From: Campylobacterales bacterium
Lineage (GTDB): Bacteria > Campylobacterota > Campylobacteria > Campylobacterales > Nautiliaceae
Assembly: GCA_027019465.1 (NCBI GenBank)
Contig: JALUWM010000069.1
Location: 1-57,471, forward strand
Reading direction: 5' to 3'
DNA: 57,471 nt
Of the stretch, positions 37,983 through 47,969 are shown piece after piece. Made by a program: the position numbers and the translations under genes. Every line of letters starts with the position of its first letter. The stretch's first letter is position 1. The notes beneath the pieces are model-generated. The model was given only the letters and a program-made list of their open reading frames with translations, did no database searches and was not told where the DNA came from.

Positions 37983-38699
37983 ATGATTATTATTCCTGCA
38001 AGACTTTCCTCAAGCAGACTTCCAAATAAAGTTTTAGCAGACATTAACGGCACCCCTATGATAATAAGATGTGCAAAAATAGCCCAAAAAGTAGACGATG
38101 TAGCAATAGCAACAGATTCAAAAGAAGTTATTGAAATATGTAAAAAATATGGTTTTGAGGCTGTTATGACAGGTAAAAGCCATAAAAGCGGAAGTGATAG
38201 AATAAAAGAAGCTGCAGATATTCTAGGATTAAAAAATGATGATTTAGTTATCAATATGCAAGGGGATGAGCCCTTTTTAGAGCCTGAAATTTTACAAGAA
38301 GTAAAAAATATTCTAAAAAACATCAAAGATGAATTTAAAATGGTAAGCTGTTATAAAAAAATAAGTGAACTTGATGCTGAAGACCCAAATTTAGTAAAAG
38401 TTGTAGTAGATAAAAATTCTAATGCTCTATATTTCTCAAGAAGTAAAATTCCGTATAATAGAGATAATTTATCACACACATATAAAGGTCATATAGGTAT
38501 TTACGGATTTGATAAAAAAAGTTTAGATGAATTTGTAAATCTAAAAGGTAATTTAGAACATATAGAAAAACTAGAACAGCTAAGGGTTATTGAAAACGGG
38601 CTTAAAATAAAAATGATTAAAGTTGAAACAAAAAGCTTTGGAATTGACACAAAAGAAGATTTACAAAAGGCAATAAAATATGCAAAAAGTAGCAATTAG
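37983..38699 (+). CDS. kdsB: 3-deoxy-manno-octulosonate cytidylyltransferase
   Basis: IIIPARLSSSRLPNKVL N-terminus. Start set to ATG 37983 (AAGG RBS). Confidence 0.93.
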   Translation: MIIIPARLSSSRLPNKVLADINGTPMIIRCAKIAQKVDDVAIATDSKEVIEICKKYGFEAVMTGKSHKSGSDRIKEAADILGLKNDDLVINMQGDEPFLEPEILQEVKNILKNIKDEFKMVSCYKKISELDAEDPNLVKVVVDKNSNALYFSRSKIPYNRDNLSHTYKGHIGIYGFDKKSLDEFVNLKGNLEHIEKLEQLRVIENGLKIKMIKVETKSFGIDTKEDLQKAIKYAKSSN

Positions 38700-39582
38700 T
38701 ATAGGAGATTTAAACGGTATAGGTCTTGAAATAGCTCTAAAATCACACAAAAAAATAAAAGAGTGGATTAAACCTATTTACTGCATAAATGAAAAAATGC
38801 TAACAAAAGGAGCTAAACTTTTAAACTATCCTATCCCAAAAGATTTTAAAATTGCTGAGGTTAAAGGAGATTTTGAAATTAATCCTGGAATTATTGACGC
38901 AAAAAGCGGAGAATATTCATATAAATCTTTTATTAAAGCTATTGAATTAGCAAAAGAAAAAAAAGTTGATGCTATTTCAACTCTTCCTATAAATAAAGAA
39001 GCGTGGGGAAAAGCCGGACTTAAATATAAAGGTCATACAGAAGTTTTAAGAGATATTTTTAAAAAAAATGCCATTATGATGCTTGGATGTGAGGATTTAT
39101 ACGTAGCACTTTTTACAGAACATATTCCTCTAAAAGAAGTAGCAAAAAAAGTAAAAAAAGAGAATTTAATTCAATTTTTTTTAGATTTTTACAAATCAAC
39201 TAATTTTAAAGAAATAGAAGTTTTAGCCCTAAATCCACACGCAGGAGATGGTGGTGTTTTAGGAGATGAAGAGATTAAAGAAATTATTCCTGCGATTATA
39301 GAGGCAAATGAAATTTTAGAAAAAAATATATTCTACGGTCCGTTAGTTCCGGATATTGCTTTTACCTCAAGAAAAGGTAAATTTATAGCAATGTATCACG
39401 ACCAGGGTTTAGCTCCTCTTAAAGCTTTATATTTTGATAAAAGCATAAATGTATCCTTAAACTTACCAATTCTAAGAACTTCGGTAGACCACGGAACTGC
39501 CTTTGATATAGCATATAAAGGAAAAGCCAAAACTTTAAGTTATGAAAATGCGATAAAATATATCTTAAAACACAAAAATTGA
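38680..39582 (+). CDS. pdxA: 4-hydroxythreonine-4-phosphate dehydrogenase
   Basis: GHTE and NPHAGDGG motifs. Overlaps the kdsB 3' end by 20 nt. Confidence 0.92.
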   Translation: MQKVAISIGDLNGIGLEIALKSHKKIKEWIKPIYCINEKMLTKGAKLLNYPIPKDFKIAEVKGDFEINPGIIDAKSGEYSYKSFIKAIELAKEKKVDAISTLPINKEAWGKAGLKYKGHTEVLRDIFKKNAIMMLGCEDLYVALFTEHIPLKEVAKKVKKENLIQFFLDFYKSTNFKEIEVLALNPHAGDGGVLGDEEIKEIIPAIIEANEILEKNIFYGPLVPDIAFTSRKGKFIAMYHDQGLAPLKALYFDKSINVSLNLPILRTSVDHGTAFDIAYKGKAKTLSYENAIKYILKHKN

Positions 39583-39592
39583 TTTAAATCAA
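39579..39592. promoter_or_regulatory. Perfect FNR/CRP-family type palindrome TTGATTTAAATCAA
   Basis: Exact match to TTGAT-N4-ATCAA. It overlaps the pdxA stop codon and is centred about 40.5 nt upstream of the TSS predicted from the -10 element at 39611-39619. Confidence 0.45.
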
Positions 39593-39610
39593 TTTTTAAT
39601 TTTTAACTTT

Positions 39611-39619
39611 TGATATACT
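39611..39619 (+). promoter_or_regulatory. Extended -10 element TGaTATACT for the ferritin-like gene
   Basis: TGnTATACT 20 nt upstream of ATG 39639. Confidence 0.4.
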
Positions 39620-39638
39620 AAAATAAAAAGGAGTATTG

Positions 39639-40472
39639 ATGAACTATCAACAAATAATACAAAAAGCTCACGAAGATTTTATAAAATTTATATATGCAAG
39701 CGTAATGGTAAAAGAAGCTGATGTAAGACATAAATTAAATGATATAGCACTTTTCAAATATAGACATATGGTATGGCTTATGCAAGATGCAGTTAATAAA
39801 AAAATCCCTTTTAATATGGATTTTAAATATGAAAATATAGCAAAAATAAAAGTAGACAATTCAAGTGATTTAATAGAAATTTTAAAAATTAAATTAGATG
39901 AAAATTTAGCTATTTACGAAGGAATAAATGACTCTACAATAAACAGATTAAAAAATGATGATTCTTATTTTATAGAAGAATTAGGAAAATTAGATGTAGA
40001 AAGTAAAATTACAGCATTTAACGAAAATAAAAAACTTCCTGGAATTGAACTAAGCAATAAATCAAAAAGTGCTTTAATATTCTTTTTGATGGAAGAAACA
40101 TTTAAAGAATATGAACTTATTACAATCTACTCATACCTAAAAGTTCACAGCGATATAGCAGTAGCTGACGCAGCTTTTACAGATTTAGCTTATGATTCTG
40201 TTTATCATTTAAAAAGATTTGCGGACCTTGCAAGCAAAATGGGAGTTTTAACATTTCCTAGAGCAATTCCACACAATAAATATGAAAACATTGGTGTTGT
40301 AGAATTTTTAAAAGAAAATATCGAAGAAGAAATGGACGCTGAAAAACAATGTCTCATATTAGCAGAAAAAATAGGAAATAAAGAACTTAGCGACTTTTTA
40401 TTATTTATTTCAAGACAAGAGTTATATCACGGAGAATTACTTCAAAGAGCATTAAACGCTATAAACTCTTAA
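39639..40472 (+). CDS. Ferritin-like superfamily protein with two tandem helical-bundle halves
   Basis: 277 aa. Glu/His-rich helices (EETFKEYE, EEEMDAEKQ, QELYHGE) suggest a di-iron ferritin-like fold. The assignment is weak. AAGGAG RBS, ATG at 39639. Confidence 0.5.
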   Translation: MNYQQIIQKAHEDFIKFIYASVMVKEADVRHKLNDIALFKYRHMVWLMQDAVNKKIPFNMDFKYENIAKIKVDNSSDLIEILKIKLDENLAIYEGINDSTINRLKNDDSYFIEELGKLDVESKITAFNENKKLPGIELSNKSKSALIFFLMEETFKEYELITIYSYLKVHSDIAVADAAFTDLAYDSVYHLKRFADLASKMGVLTFPRAIPHNKYENIGVVEFLKENIEEEMDAEKQCLILAEKIGNKELSDFLLFISRQELYHGELLQRALNAINS

Positions 40473-40483
40473 AAAGAAGAAGA

Positions 40484-41044
40484 TTAAGAATTAGCCTTTG
40501 CTAATACTTCTTCTGTGGCTTGATATCCAAGCTCAAAAGCTTTTTTATTAATTTCTACTGCTTTTGGGGGAACTGTTTTAATCATTGTATTAAATACTAA
40601 GTCTTTATCAATACCATTCATTTTTGTAGCAATAGCAAGAGCTACAACAGATTGAGTAATAACATTTCCTACTTTTTCTTTTGCAATGGCAATAATATCA
40701 ATAGGAAACATTTTCCATCTTGCTTTATCATCATCATTTGGATAAACAAGATTTGGTTCATATACAATAATTCCTCCGTCTTTCACACCATCTTTAAATA
40801 ATTGAAATGATTTATCAGCAACACTTAGCATAAAATCAATTTCTCCATCAACTGCATAAGGATAAAGAATTGCTTCATCATCTAAAATAATATCAACTTT
40901 TGTAGGTCCTCCTCTTACTTGAGAAGTGTAAGTCCCTACTTGAATTCCATATTTTCCAGCACTAACATATGCTCTTGCCAAAATTTCACCAGCAAGAAGG
41001 ACACCTTGTCCTCCAACCCCTGTAAATCTAAGTTGTTTTCTCAT
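40484..41044 (-). CDS. oorC: 2-oxoglutarate:ferredoxin oxidoreductase gamma subunit
   Basis: GVGGQGVLLAG motif, 186 aa, last gene of oorDABC. Confidence 0.9.
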   Translation of the reverse strand: MRKQLRFTGVGGQGVLLAGEILARAYVSAGKYGIQVGTYTSQVRGGPTKVDIILDDEAILYPYAVDGEIDFMLSVADKSFQLFKDGVKDGGIIVYEPNLVYPNDDDKARWKMFPIDIIAIAKEKVGNVITQSVVALAIATKMNGIDKDLVFNTMIKTVPPKAVEINKKAFELGYQATEEVLAKANS

Positions 41045-41874
41045 TATTTACCCCTTACTCTATCAATAAGTTTATAATATTCTTCACAATATTCAGGTTC
41101 TTCGGCTTGATATAAAATACCTCTAGGTTTTATACCTTTTTGTTTAAGTTCATATTTTTCTTCTTCGTTTAATTTATCCCATTTATTTTTAGCAATTAAG
41201 TTTCCTTCAATCCAATCCATATTTTGTTTCGCCTGAGCTAATTTATTTTTTCTACCAAAGTTAACATGGCAGTTTGAATTAATATCAAAGAAACTAAATC
41301 CTTTATGTTCAAATCCTTTTACAAAAAGTCTTTCAAGTTTTTGAGCTTCTGCTACACTTTCTCTAGCAACAAATGAAGCCCCTGCACCTTTTGCTAGCTC
41401 ACAAGCATCAAAAGTCGGGTCAATATTTCCATATTGAGTAGTTACAGACCAAGCACCTTTTGGAGTTGTTGGAGATACTTGAGAATTTGTAAGACCATAA
41501 ATAAAGTTATTAATTAAAATAAAATTTAAATCAATATTTCTTCTACATCCGTGAATTGTATGATTACCACCAATAGCAAGCCCGTCACCGTCACCTGCTA
41601 CAACAATTACATGTTTATCAGGATTTGCTAACTTAACACCTGTTGCATAAGCAATAGTTCTTCCGTGAGTTGTATGAACAGTGTTTGCATCAATATAACT
41701 TGAAAATCTCCCACTACATCCAATTCCAGATACTACACATACATCATTTTTATCCCAGCCAAGTTTTGCCATGGCTCTGATAACGGCTTTCATAATAATA
41801 CCGTCACCACATCCCCAACACCAAAGTGTTGGCATTTTATCCGTTCTTAAATAATAATCATAATTAAACGCCAT
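41044..41874 (-). CDS. oorB: 2-oxoglutarate:ferredoxin oxidoreductase beta subunit (TPP-binding)
   Basis: WCWGCGDG and GDGD TPP/Fe-S motifs. Confidence 0.93.
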   Translation of the reverse strand: MAFNYDYYLRTDKMPTLWCWGCGDGIIMKAVIRAMAKLGWDKNDVCVVSGIGCSGRFSSYIDANTVHTTHGRTIAYATGVKLANPDKHVIVVAGDGDGLAIGGNHTIHGCRRNIDLNFILINNFIYGLTNSQVSPTTPKGAWSVTTQYGNIDPTFDACELAKGAGASFVARESVAEAQKLERLFVKGFEHKGFSFFDINSNCHVNFGRKNKLAQAKQNMDWIEGNLIAKNKWDKLNEEEKYELKQKGIKPRGILYQAEEPEYCEEYYKLIDRVRGK

Positions 41875-41883
41875 TTTAACTCC

Positions 41884-43023
41884 TTATACCATTTCTTTTA
41901 TTTTTGCTTTAAATTCTGCCGGACTAATAGGTCTTCCGTTTGCTTTAAAAAATGTTTCAAATTCATCTGCTTTTTTACCACTTGCTCTTTGAATTTCATT
42001 AAAATATTGACCTTTATTCATTTCAGCTACTAGAATTTTGTCAAATTTATTACATAATTCATCTATTTTTTCTTCCGGAGATGGCCATAAAGTAATTGGT
42101 CTAAATAAACCTACTTTAATTCCTTCATTTCTAAGTTGTCTAATTGCCTCTTTAGCAGACAAACTAACGCTTCCATAAGCAATAACCATAATATCCGCAT
42201 CATTTAACATAAATTCTTCATAACTTTCAATTTCATCTTTATGATTTAAAATTTTATTAAATAATCTATCAATCAATTCTTGAGAAAGTTTTGCATCTTC
42301 TGTTGGGAATCCTGTAGGTCCATGATGAAGCCCTGTTACATGATATCTGTATCCTTTAAAAAACGGATTTAAAATTGCAGGTTCATCAGCCGGTACATTA
42401 TATGGCTCATATGTTGCTGCATCACCTTCATAAACTTTTCTTTCAACTAAATTTTCTTGAACTTCTTCAATATCAGGCAATACTGCTTTTCCTACCATAT
42501 GGCCAAGTGTTTCATCAAGTAACACAAATACAGGTGTCATAAATCTTTCAGCTAAATTAAATGCTCTAACTGTTTCTGTATAACACTCATCAAGACTTCC
42601 TGCACATAAAGTAATTGATTGATAATCACCATGAGTTGGCGCTTGTGCTTGAAGAATATCTTGTTGGGCAGGTCTTGTTGGAAGTCCAGTTGATGGTCCA
42701 CCTCTCATAACATTTGTAATTACCAAAGGAACTTCTGCCATAAAAGCAAGACCAATTTGCTCTGCTTTAAGTGAAATACCAGGACCAGAAGTGTTTGTCA
42801 TAGATTTAACCCCACTCATACTAGCCCCAAGTGCTACAGAAATACCTGCTATTTCATCTTCCATTTGTATAAAAACTCCTCCAACTTTTGGTAACAATCT
42901 ACTCATTTCATGAGCAATTTCACTTGAAGGCGTAATTGGATAACCTCCAAAAAATTTACATTTAGCATCAATTGCTGCTTTTGCTGCAAGTTGATTTCCA
43001 GTAGATACTACTTCTCTTGACAT
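41884..43023 (-). CDS. oorA: 2-oxoglutarate:ferredoxin oxidoreductase alpha subunit
   Basis: 379 aa with the typical OFOR alpha N-terminus (GNQLAAKAAIDA...YPITPSSEI). Confidence 0.93.
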   Translation of the reverse strand: MSREVVSTGNQLAAKAAIDAKCKFFGGYPITPSSEIAHEMSRLLPKVGGVFIQMEDEIAGISVALGASMSGVKSMTNTSGPGISLKAEQIGLAFMAEVPLVITNVMRGGPSTGLPTRPAQQDILQAQAPTHGDYQSITLCAGSLDECYTETVRAFNLAERFMTPVFVLLDETLGHMVGKAVLPDIEEVQENLVERKVYEGDAATYEPYNVPADEPAILNPFFKGYRYHVTGLHHGPTGFPTEDAKLSQELIDRLFNKILNHKDEIESYEEFMLNDADIMVIAYGSVSLSAKEAIRQLRNEGIKVGLFRPITLWPSPEEKIDELCNKFDKILVAEMNKGQYFNEIQRASGKKADEFETFFKANGRPISPAEFKAKIKEMV

Positions 43024-43320
43024 TTATTCTCCTTTTAACTTTTTAACTTCATTAAGTTTTTTAAATTTATATTCACTTCTTTCCGCTACAAAAATACAAA
43101 AATCAGGACATTCTAGTTCACATTCCCTACATCCAATACAATACTCAGGATGAGTTACTTTTACCATTTGTCCTAAAATATTATGAGGATCAGGAACCAT
43201 TTCAAGAACCCCTGTAGGGCAAAAATCAACACATAAATCACAGCTTTTACATTTACTCTCATCCACCCACACCGGTGTGTTTTCAGGTGCTTTTAATTTA
43301 AAATCTACATTTAAAGCCAT
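43024..43320 (-). CDS. oorD: 2-oxoglutarate:ferredoxin oxidoreductase delta subunit (2x[4Fe-4S] ferredoxin)
   Basis: Two CxxCxxCxxxCP motifs. AAGGAG RBS. Confidence 0.9.
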   Translation of the reverse strand: MALNVDFKLKAPENTPVWVDESKCKSCDLCVDFCPTGVLEMVPDPHNILGQMVKVTHPEYCIGCRECELECPDFCIFVAERSEYKFKKLNEVKKLKGE

Positions 43321-43385
43321 TTAGTCTCCTTTTACTTTTCTTTACATAAATATGATACCTAAATAAACACTAAAAATCTCTTATT

Positions 43386-43404
43386 TTGATATTTTATATA
43401 TCAA
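43386..43404. promoter_or_regulatory. Inverted repeat TTGATAT-N5-ATATCAA upstream of oorD
   Basis: Perfect 7-bp arms centred about 75 nt upstream of the oorD ATG. Confidence 0.3.
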
Positions 43405-43474
43405 ATTGTTACGAATAGTAATAAAATAAATTAAAAATTTATAAAAAGAATTTAAAAAATAAGATAAAAAGAAG

Positions 43475-43498
43475 CCAAAAAATCTTTTGATTTTTTGG
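43475..43498 (-). terminator. Rho-independent terminator after sucD
   Basis: Perfect 10-bp stem CCAAAAAATC/GATTTTTTGG with a 4-nt loop, starting 5 nt after the sucD stop and followed on the minus strand by CTTCTTTTTATCTTATTTTTT. Confidence 0.7.
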
Positions 43499-43502
43499 AG
43501 AA

Positions 43503-44381
43503 TTATTTTCTATTTGATAAAGCTTTTACTACAGTAGCACCAATATCTGCTGGAGATTCTACAACATAAGCACCAGCTTCTTTAAGTGCTTCCATTTTTT
43601 CAGCCGCTGTTCCTTTGCTTCCGCTGATAATAGCCCCAGCATGCCCCATTCTTTTACCTTTAGGAGCTGTTTGACCTGCAATAAATGCAATTACAGGTTT
43701 TGTAATTTTTTCTTTAATAAGTTTTGCTGCTTGAATTTCCAAATCCCCACCGATTTCACCAATCATAACGATTGCTTCTGTCTCAGGGTCTGCTTCAAAC
43801 ATTGGAAGGAGTTGTTTATAACTAAGCCCGATAATAGGGTCTCCACCAATACCAATAGCAGTTGTAATTCCAAATCCGGCTTTTACAACTTGATTACTTG
43901 CTTCATAAGTAAGTGTACCTGATTTAGAAATAAGCCCAACATTACCTTTTTTAAATATATTTCCAGGCATAATTCCAAGCTTACACTCTTCTGCTGTAAT
44001 AATTCCAGGACAGTTTGGTCCTATTGTCATCATTCCTGTTTTTTGTGCATAATGTTTTGCATACATCATATCTTTAACAGGTGCGCCTTCTGTAATAATT
44101 ACAGCAAGTTCAATCCCCGCGTCAGCCGCTTCCATAACAGCGTCTGCTACAAATGCAGGCGGAACAAAAATCATACTAACAGTTGCTCCTGTGGCTTTTA
44201 CAGCTTCTTCAACTGTATTAAATACAGGTTTTCCAAGATGTGTCATCCCACCTTTATTTGGAGTAACACCGCCTACAATATTAGTTCCATATGCCATACA
44301 TTGCTCAGCGTGAAAAGTTCCTTCTTTTCCTGTAAATCCTTGAACGATTGCTTTTGTATCTTTATTTACTAAAATACTCAT
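43503..44381 (-). CDS. sucD: Succinyl-CoA synthetase alpha subunit
   Basis: [16 protein letters not shown] and GHAGA motifs. Confidence 0.96.
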   Translation of the reverse strand: MSILVNKDTKAIVQGFTGKEGTFHAEQCMAYGTNIVGGVTPNKGGMTHLGKPVFNTVEEAVKATGATVSMIFVPPAFVADAVMEAADAGIELAVIITEGAPVKDMMYAKHYAQKTGMMTIGPNCPGIITAEECKLGIMPGNIFKKGNVGLISKSGTLTYEASNQVVKAGFGITTAIGIGGDPIIGLSYKQLLPMFEADPETEAIVMIGEIGGDLEIQAAKLIKEKITKPVIAFIAGQTAPKGKRMGHAGAIISGSKGTAAEKMEALKEAGAYVVESPADIGATVVKALSNRK

Positions 44382-45553
44382 TATTTTTCTCCTTTCGCAA
44401 CAGCAACTGCTTTTTTAGCACCATCTTCTAAATCAGTAGCAGGAATAATATTTTTTATATTTGCATTTCTAAGAATTTCTGCCGCTTCAACAGCATTTGT
44501 TCCATCAAGTCTTACAACAACAGGAACACTTACTTCAACTCTTTTAGTAGCTTCTAAAATACCATTTGCAACCCTGTCACATCTAACAATACCGCCGAAA
44601 ATATTTACAAAAATAGATTTAACATTTTTATCGCTTAAAATAATTTCAAATCCTTTTGCAACAGTATCAGGATTTGCAGCACCGCCTACATCAAGGAAAT
44701 TTGCCGGCTCTCCGCCTTCGTGTTTAATAATATCCATTGTAGCCATAGCTAGACCTGCCCCATTAACCATACAACCGACATTTCCGTCAAGTTTAATATA
44801 GCTTAATCCATGTCTTTTTGCTTCAGCTTCTGTTGGTTCTTCTTCGTCTAAATCTCTCATTTCTGCAATTTCATGATGTTTATAAAGTGCATTATCATCA
44901 AATCCCATTTTTGCATCAAGAGCTATAAATCTACCTTCGCCTGTTTTGATAAGAGGATTAATTTCTATCATTTCAGCATCATTTTCCATATAAACATTAT
45001 AAAGTGCTGATGCAAATTTTATAAAATCTTTTTGTTCAGATTTACCAAGGCCAAGGCCAAATGCCAGTTTTCTTGCATGAAAAGGCTTAAATCCAATAGT
45101 CGGGTCAATAGCAACTTTTACTATTTTTTCAGGTGTTTTAGCTGCTACTTCTTCAATTTCCATACCACCTTCAGTAGAAGCCATCATTACAGGCATTTCA
45201 AGTGCTCTATCAAGCACCATTCCAAGGTAATATTCAGCTTTAATATCAGCACCCTCTTCGATATAAACTTTTTTTACTACTTTTCCTTCAGGTCCTGTTT
45301 GATGAGTAACAAGAGTCATTCCAAGCATTTCACCTGCAATTTCTTCAACTTCATCTAAACTTTTAGCAAGTTTAACCCCTCCGGCTTTTCCTCTACCACC
45401 TGCGTGTATTTGAGCTTTTACAACCCATAAACCACTGTCAAGGTCTTCTGCTACTCTTCTGGCTTCTTCTGAACTAAATGCAACTCCACCTTCTGGAGTA
45501 GGTACACCATATTTTCTAAATACTTCTTTTGCTTGATATTCATGTATATTCAT
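44381..45553 (-). CDS. sucC: Succinyl-CoA synthetase beta subunit
   Basis: [11 protein letters not shown]-terminus, ATP-grasp fold. Confidence 0.96.
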   Translation of the reverse strand: MNIHEYQAKEVFRKYGVPTPEGGVAFSSEEARRVAEDLDSGLWVVKAQIHAGGRGKAGGVKLAKSLDEVEEIAGEMLGMTLVTHQTGPEGKVVKKVYIEEGADIKAEYYLGMVLDRALEMPVMMASTEGGMEIEEVAAKTPEKIVKVAIDPTIGFKPFHARKLAFGLGLGKSEQKDFIKFASALYNVYMENDAEMIEINPLIKTGEGRFIALDAKMGFDDNALYKHHEIAEMRDLDEEEPTEAEAKRHGLSYIKLDGNVGCMVNGAGLAMATMDIIKHEGGEPANFLDVGGAANPDTVAKGFEIILSDKNVKSIFVNIFGGIVRCDRVANGILEATKRVEVSVPVVVRLDGTNAVEAAEILRNANIKNIIPATDLEDGAKKAVAVAKGEK

Positions 45554-45567
45554 TTATTCTCCTTTCT

Positions 45568-46122
45568 TTATTTTTGTTCCCAAAGTTTTCTACCTTCTTC
45601 ATAAAGGTCGTTACCATATGTGTCATTTACAACTACTACTGGGAAATCCTCAACTTCTATTCTTCTAACTGCTTCTGGTCCAAGTTCAGGATAAGCTATA
45701 ACTTCAGCTTTTTTAATAGCTTTTGCTATAAGCGCCGCAGCCCCTCCTGTTGCACCAAAATAAACAGCTTTATATTTTTTACAGGCATCTTTTACAGCTT
45801 CGTTTCTTTTACCTTTTCCTATCATTCCTTTAAGTCCATGTTCAATTAGAATAGGAGCATAAGGATCCATTCTGTAACTCGTTGTAGGTCCGGCACTACC
45901 TATCGGATTGCCCGGTTTTGGAGGTGTTGGCCCTACATAATAGATAACTGTTCCTTTTACATCAAAAGGCAGTTCTTCTCCGTTTATTATTAAATCAACA
46001 AGTCTTTTATGTGCAGCATCTCTTGCTGTATACATTACACCACTTAAATAAACAATATCTCCCGATTTTAATTTACTTACATCTTCATCACTTAAAGGTG
46101 TTTTTAATTTATATTCAGCCAT
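45568..46122 (-). CDS. Class I (Fe-S) fumarate hydratase, beta (C-terminal) subunit
   Basis: 184 aa with the GPTTSYRMD and KGMIGKG motifs of the tartrate/fumarate hydro-lyase family. Confidence 0.9.
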   Translation of the reverse strand: MAEYKLKTPLSDEDVSKLKSGDIVYLSGVMYTARDAAHKRLVDLIINGEELPFDVKGTVIYYVGPTPPKPGNPIGSAGPTTSYRMDPYAPILIEHGLKGMIGKGKRNEAVKDACKKYKAVYFGATGGAAALIAKAIKKAEVIAYPELGPEAVRRIEVEDFPVVVVNDTYGNDLYEEGRKLWEQK

Positions 46123-46132
46123 CTTTTATCCT

Positions 46133-46993
46133 TTAAATTGTTATATGAGAATGTCTAGAACTGTGACATTGAATATTGACCGCAACAGGAAGTGAAGCAA
46201 TATGACACATTCTATTTTCATATGTTTCTATATGTACTGCTAAAACAGTTTCAGTTCCGCCCATTCCCATAGCACCAATTCCAAGTTTATTAAGTTCTTC
46301 TTTTAATTCTTTTTCAAGCATATCAAGTTCAGGGTCAGGATTTGGAGTTCCTATGTTTCTAAAAAGAGAATGTTTACTCATAACAGCAGACATATCAAAG
46401 CTTCCTCCAATTCCAACACCAACTACCAATGGAGGGCAAGGATTAGGACCTGCATCGCTTACTACTTTTCTTACAAATTCTTTGATTCCTTCTTTTCCTG
46501 CAGCCGGTGCTAGCACAGTTGCACGGCTTACATTTTCACTTCCTCCGCCTTTTGCTGCATATTCAATTTCTATTTTATCACCTTCTACCAAATCAAAATA
46601 AACTATAGGAGGCAAATTATATCCGGCTTTATCTTTAAGATTTGCCCTAGTGAAACAATCACAAGTTGAAGCTCTTAAATATCCTTCTTCATAACCTTTT
46701 GCCGTTCCTTCATAAATAGCTTCTTTAAGACTTCCGCCTTCAACTTTTACATCTGTTCCCACTTTTACAAAATAAATCGCAAGACCAGTATCCTGACATA
46801 GAGGTTTCCATTCGTTTTTGGCAATAACAGCATTTTCAAGAAGCTGAGCAAGTACGGCACGGCTTACTTCACTTTTTTCATTTTCATAAGCTTCTTCTAA
46901 AGCTTTTTGCATATCCGGCGCCAAATGTGTAGTGGAATAGATAATCATATCTTTAATTGATTTAACTATATCCTCATATTTTACAACTCTCAT
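46133..46993 (-). CDS. Class I (Fe-S) fumarate hydratase, alpha (N-terminal) subunit
   Basis: 286 aa with the CQDTG motif and additional conserved cysteines. Confidence 0.9.
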   Translation of the reverse strand: MRVVKYEDIVKSIKDMIIYSTTHLAPDMQKALEEAYENEKSEVSRAVLAQLLENAVIAKNEWKPLCQDTGLAIYFVKVGTDVKVEGGSLKEAIYEGTAKGYEEGYLRASTCDCFTRANLKDKAGYNLPPIVYFDLVEGDKIEIEYAAKGGGSENVSRATVLAPAAGKEGIKEFVRKVVSDAGPNPCPPLVVGVGIGGSFDMSAVMSKHSLFRNIGTPNPDPELDMLEKELKEELNKLGIGAMGMGGTETVLAVHIETYENRMCHIASLPVAVNIQCHSSRHSHITI

Positions 46994-46996
46994 ATT

Positions 46997-47941
46997 TTAT
47001 CCTTTAAAAAAATCTTTTTCTAAAACATCAATCATTTCCTCAACAGCAGTTGTTGATTTTCTAAACTGTTCCCTTTCACAAGGATCAAGAGTAACCTCAA
47101 TAACTTTTTCAGCTCCATTGCCTCCAAGCATTACTGGAACACCGTTTACCACATTATTAACTCCATATTCACCTTCAAGCATTACGGCACAAGGGAATAT
47201 CTGTTTTGAATCTTTTAAAATTGCGTCAACCATAATAGCTGTAGATTTTCCAGGGGCAAAATAAGCACTACCTGTTTTAAGATATCCTACTATTTCAGCC
47301 CCAGCGTGTTTTGTTCTTTCAACTACTTCTTCTATCTCTTTTTGAGATAATAAATCACTTAAAGGCACTCCGGCTACCGTTGAATATCTAGGAAGCGGCA
47401 CCATAAAATCGCCATGACCTCCTATGACACTGGCTCTGATTTGCCCTGCTCCATAACCCAGTTTTTCATAAATAAAATAAGCCATTCTGGCACTGTCAAG
47501 TATACCGGCCATTCCAATTACCTGATTTCTTTTAAATCCTCCTACTTTTAATGCTGTATATGTCATTGCATCAAGAGGATTTGAAACAGTTATGATTATA
47601 GCATCAGGAGCTACTTTTTTTAAATTTAGAATAACATCTTCCATGATTTCTGCATTTTTAATAAGCAAATCTTCTCTTGTCATTCCAGGTTTTCTAGGAA
47701 AACCAGCCGTCATTACAACAACTTTAGAATCTTTTACATCTTCATAACTTTCAGCTGCTCTTACAATGGAATGGCTTCTCACCGCACTTGCAGCATGGCT
47801 CATATCAAGTGCTTTACCTTTAGCTCTGTCTGTATCTCTGTCGACTAAGACAATTTCGTGTGCAAGCCCTTGCATTGCAAGAGAATAAGCAACTATACTC
47901 CCCACATTTCCAGCTCCAACTATTGATACTTTATTACTCAT
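46997..47941 (-). CDS. mdh: Malate dehydrogenase (LDH-like)
   Basis: GAGNVG Rossmann motif and IGGHGD, 314 aa. Confidence 0.92.
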   Translation of the reverse strand: MSNKVSIVGAGNVGSIVAYSLAMQGLAHEIVLVDRDTDRAKGKALDMSHAASAVRSHSIVRAAESYEDVKDSKVVVMTAGFPRKPGMTREDLLIKNAEIMEDVILNLKKVAPDAIIITVSNPLDAMTYTALKVGGFKRNQVIGMAGILDSARMAYFIYEKLGYGAGQIRASVIGGHGDFMVPLPRYSTVAGVPLSDLLSQKEIEEVVERTKHAGAEIVGYLKTGSAYFAPGKSTAIMVDAILKDSKQIFPCAVMLEGEYGVNNVVNGVPVMLGGNGAEKVIEVTLDPCEREQFRKSTTAVEEMIDVLEKDFFKG

Positions 47942-47969
47942 TTTTTGCCTTTAAAGAAAAAAAGAGCAA

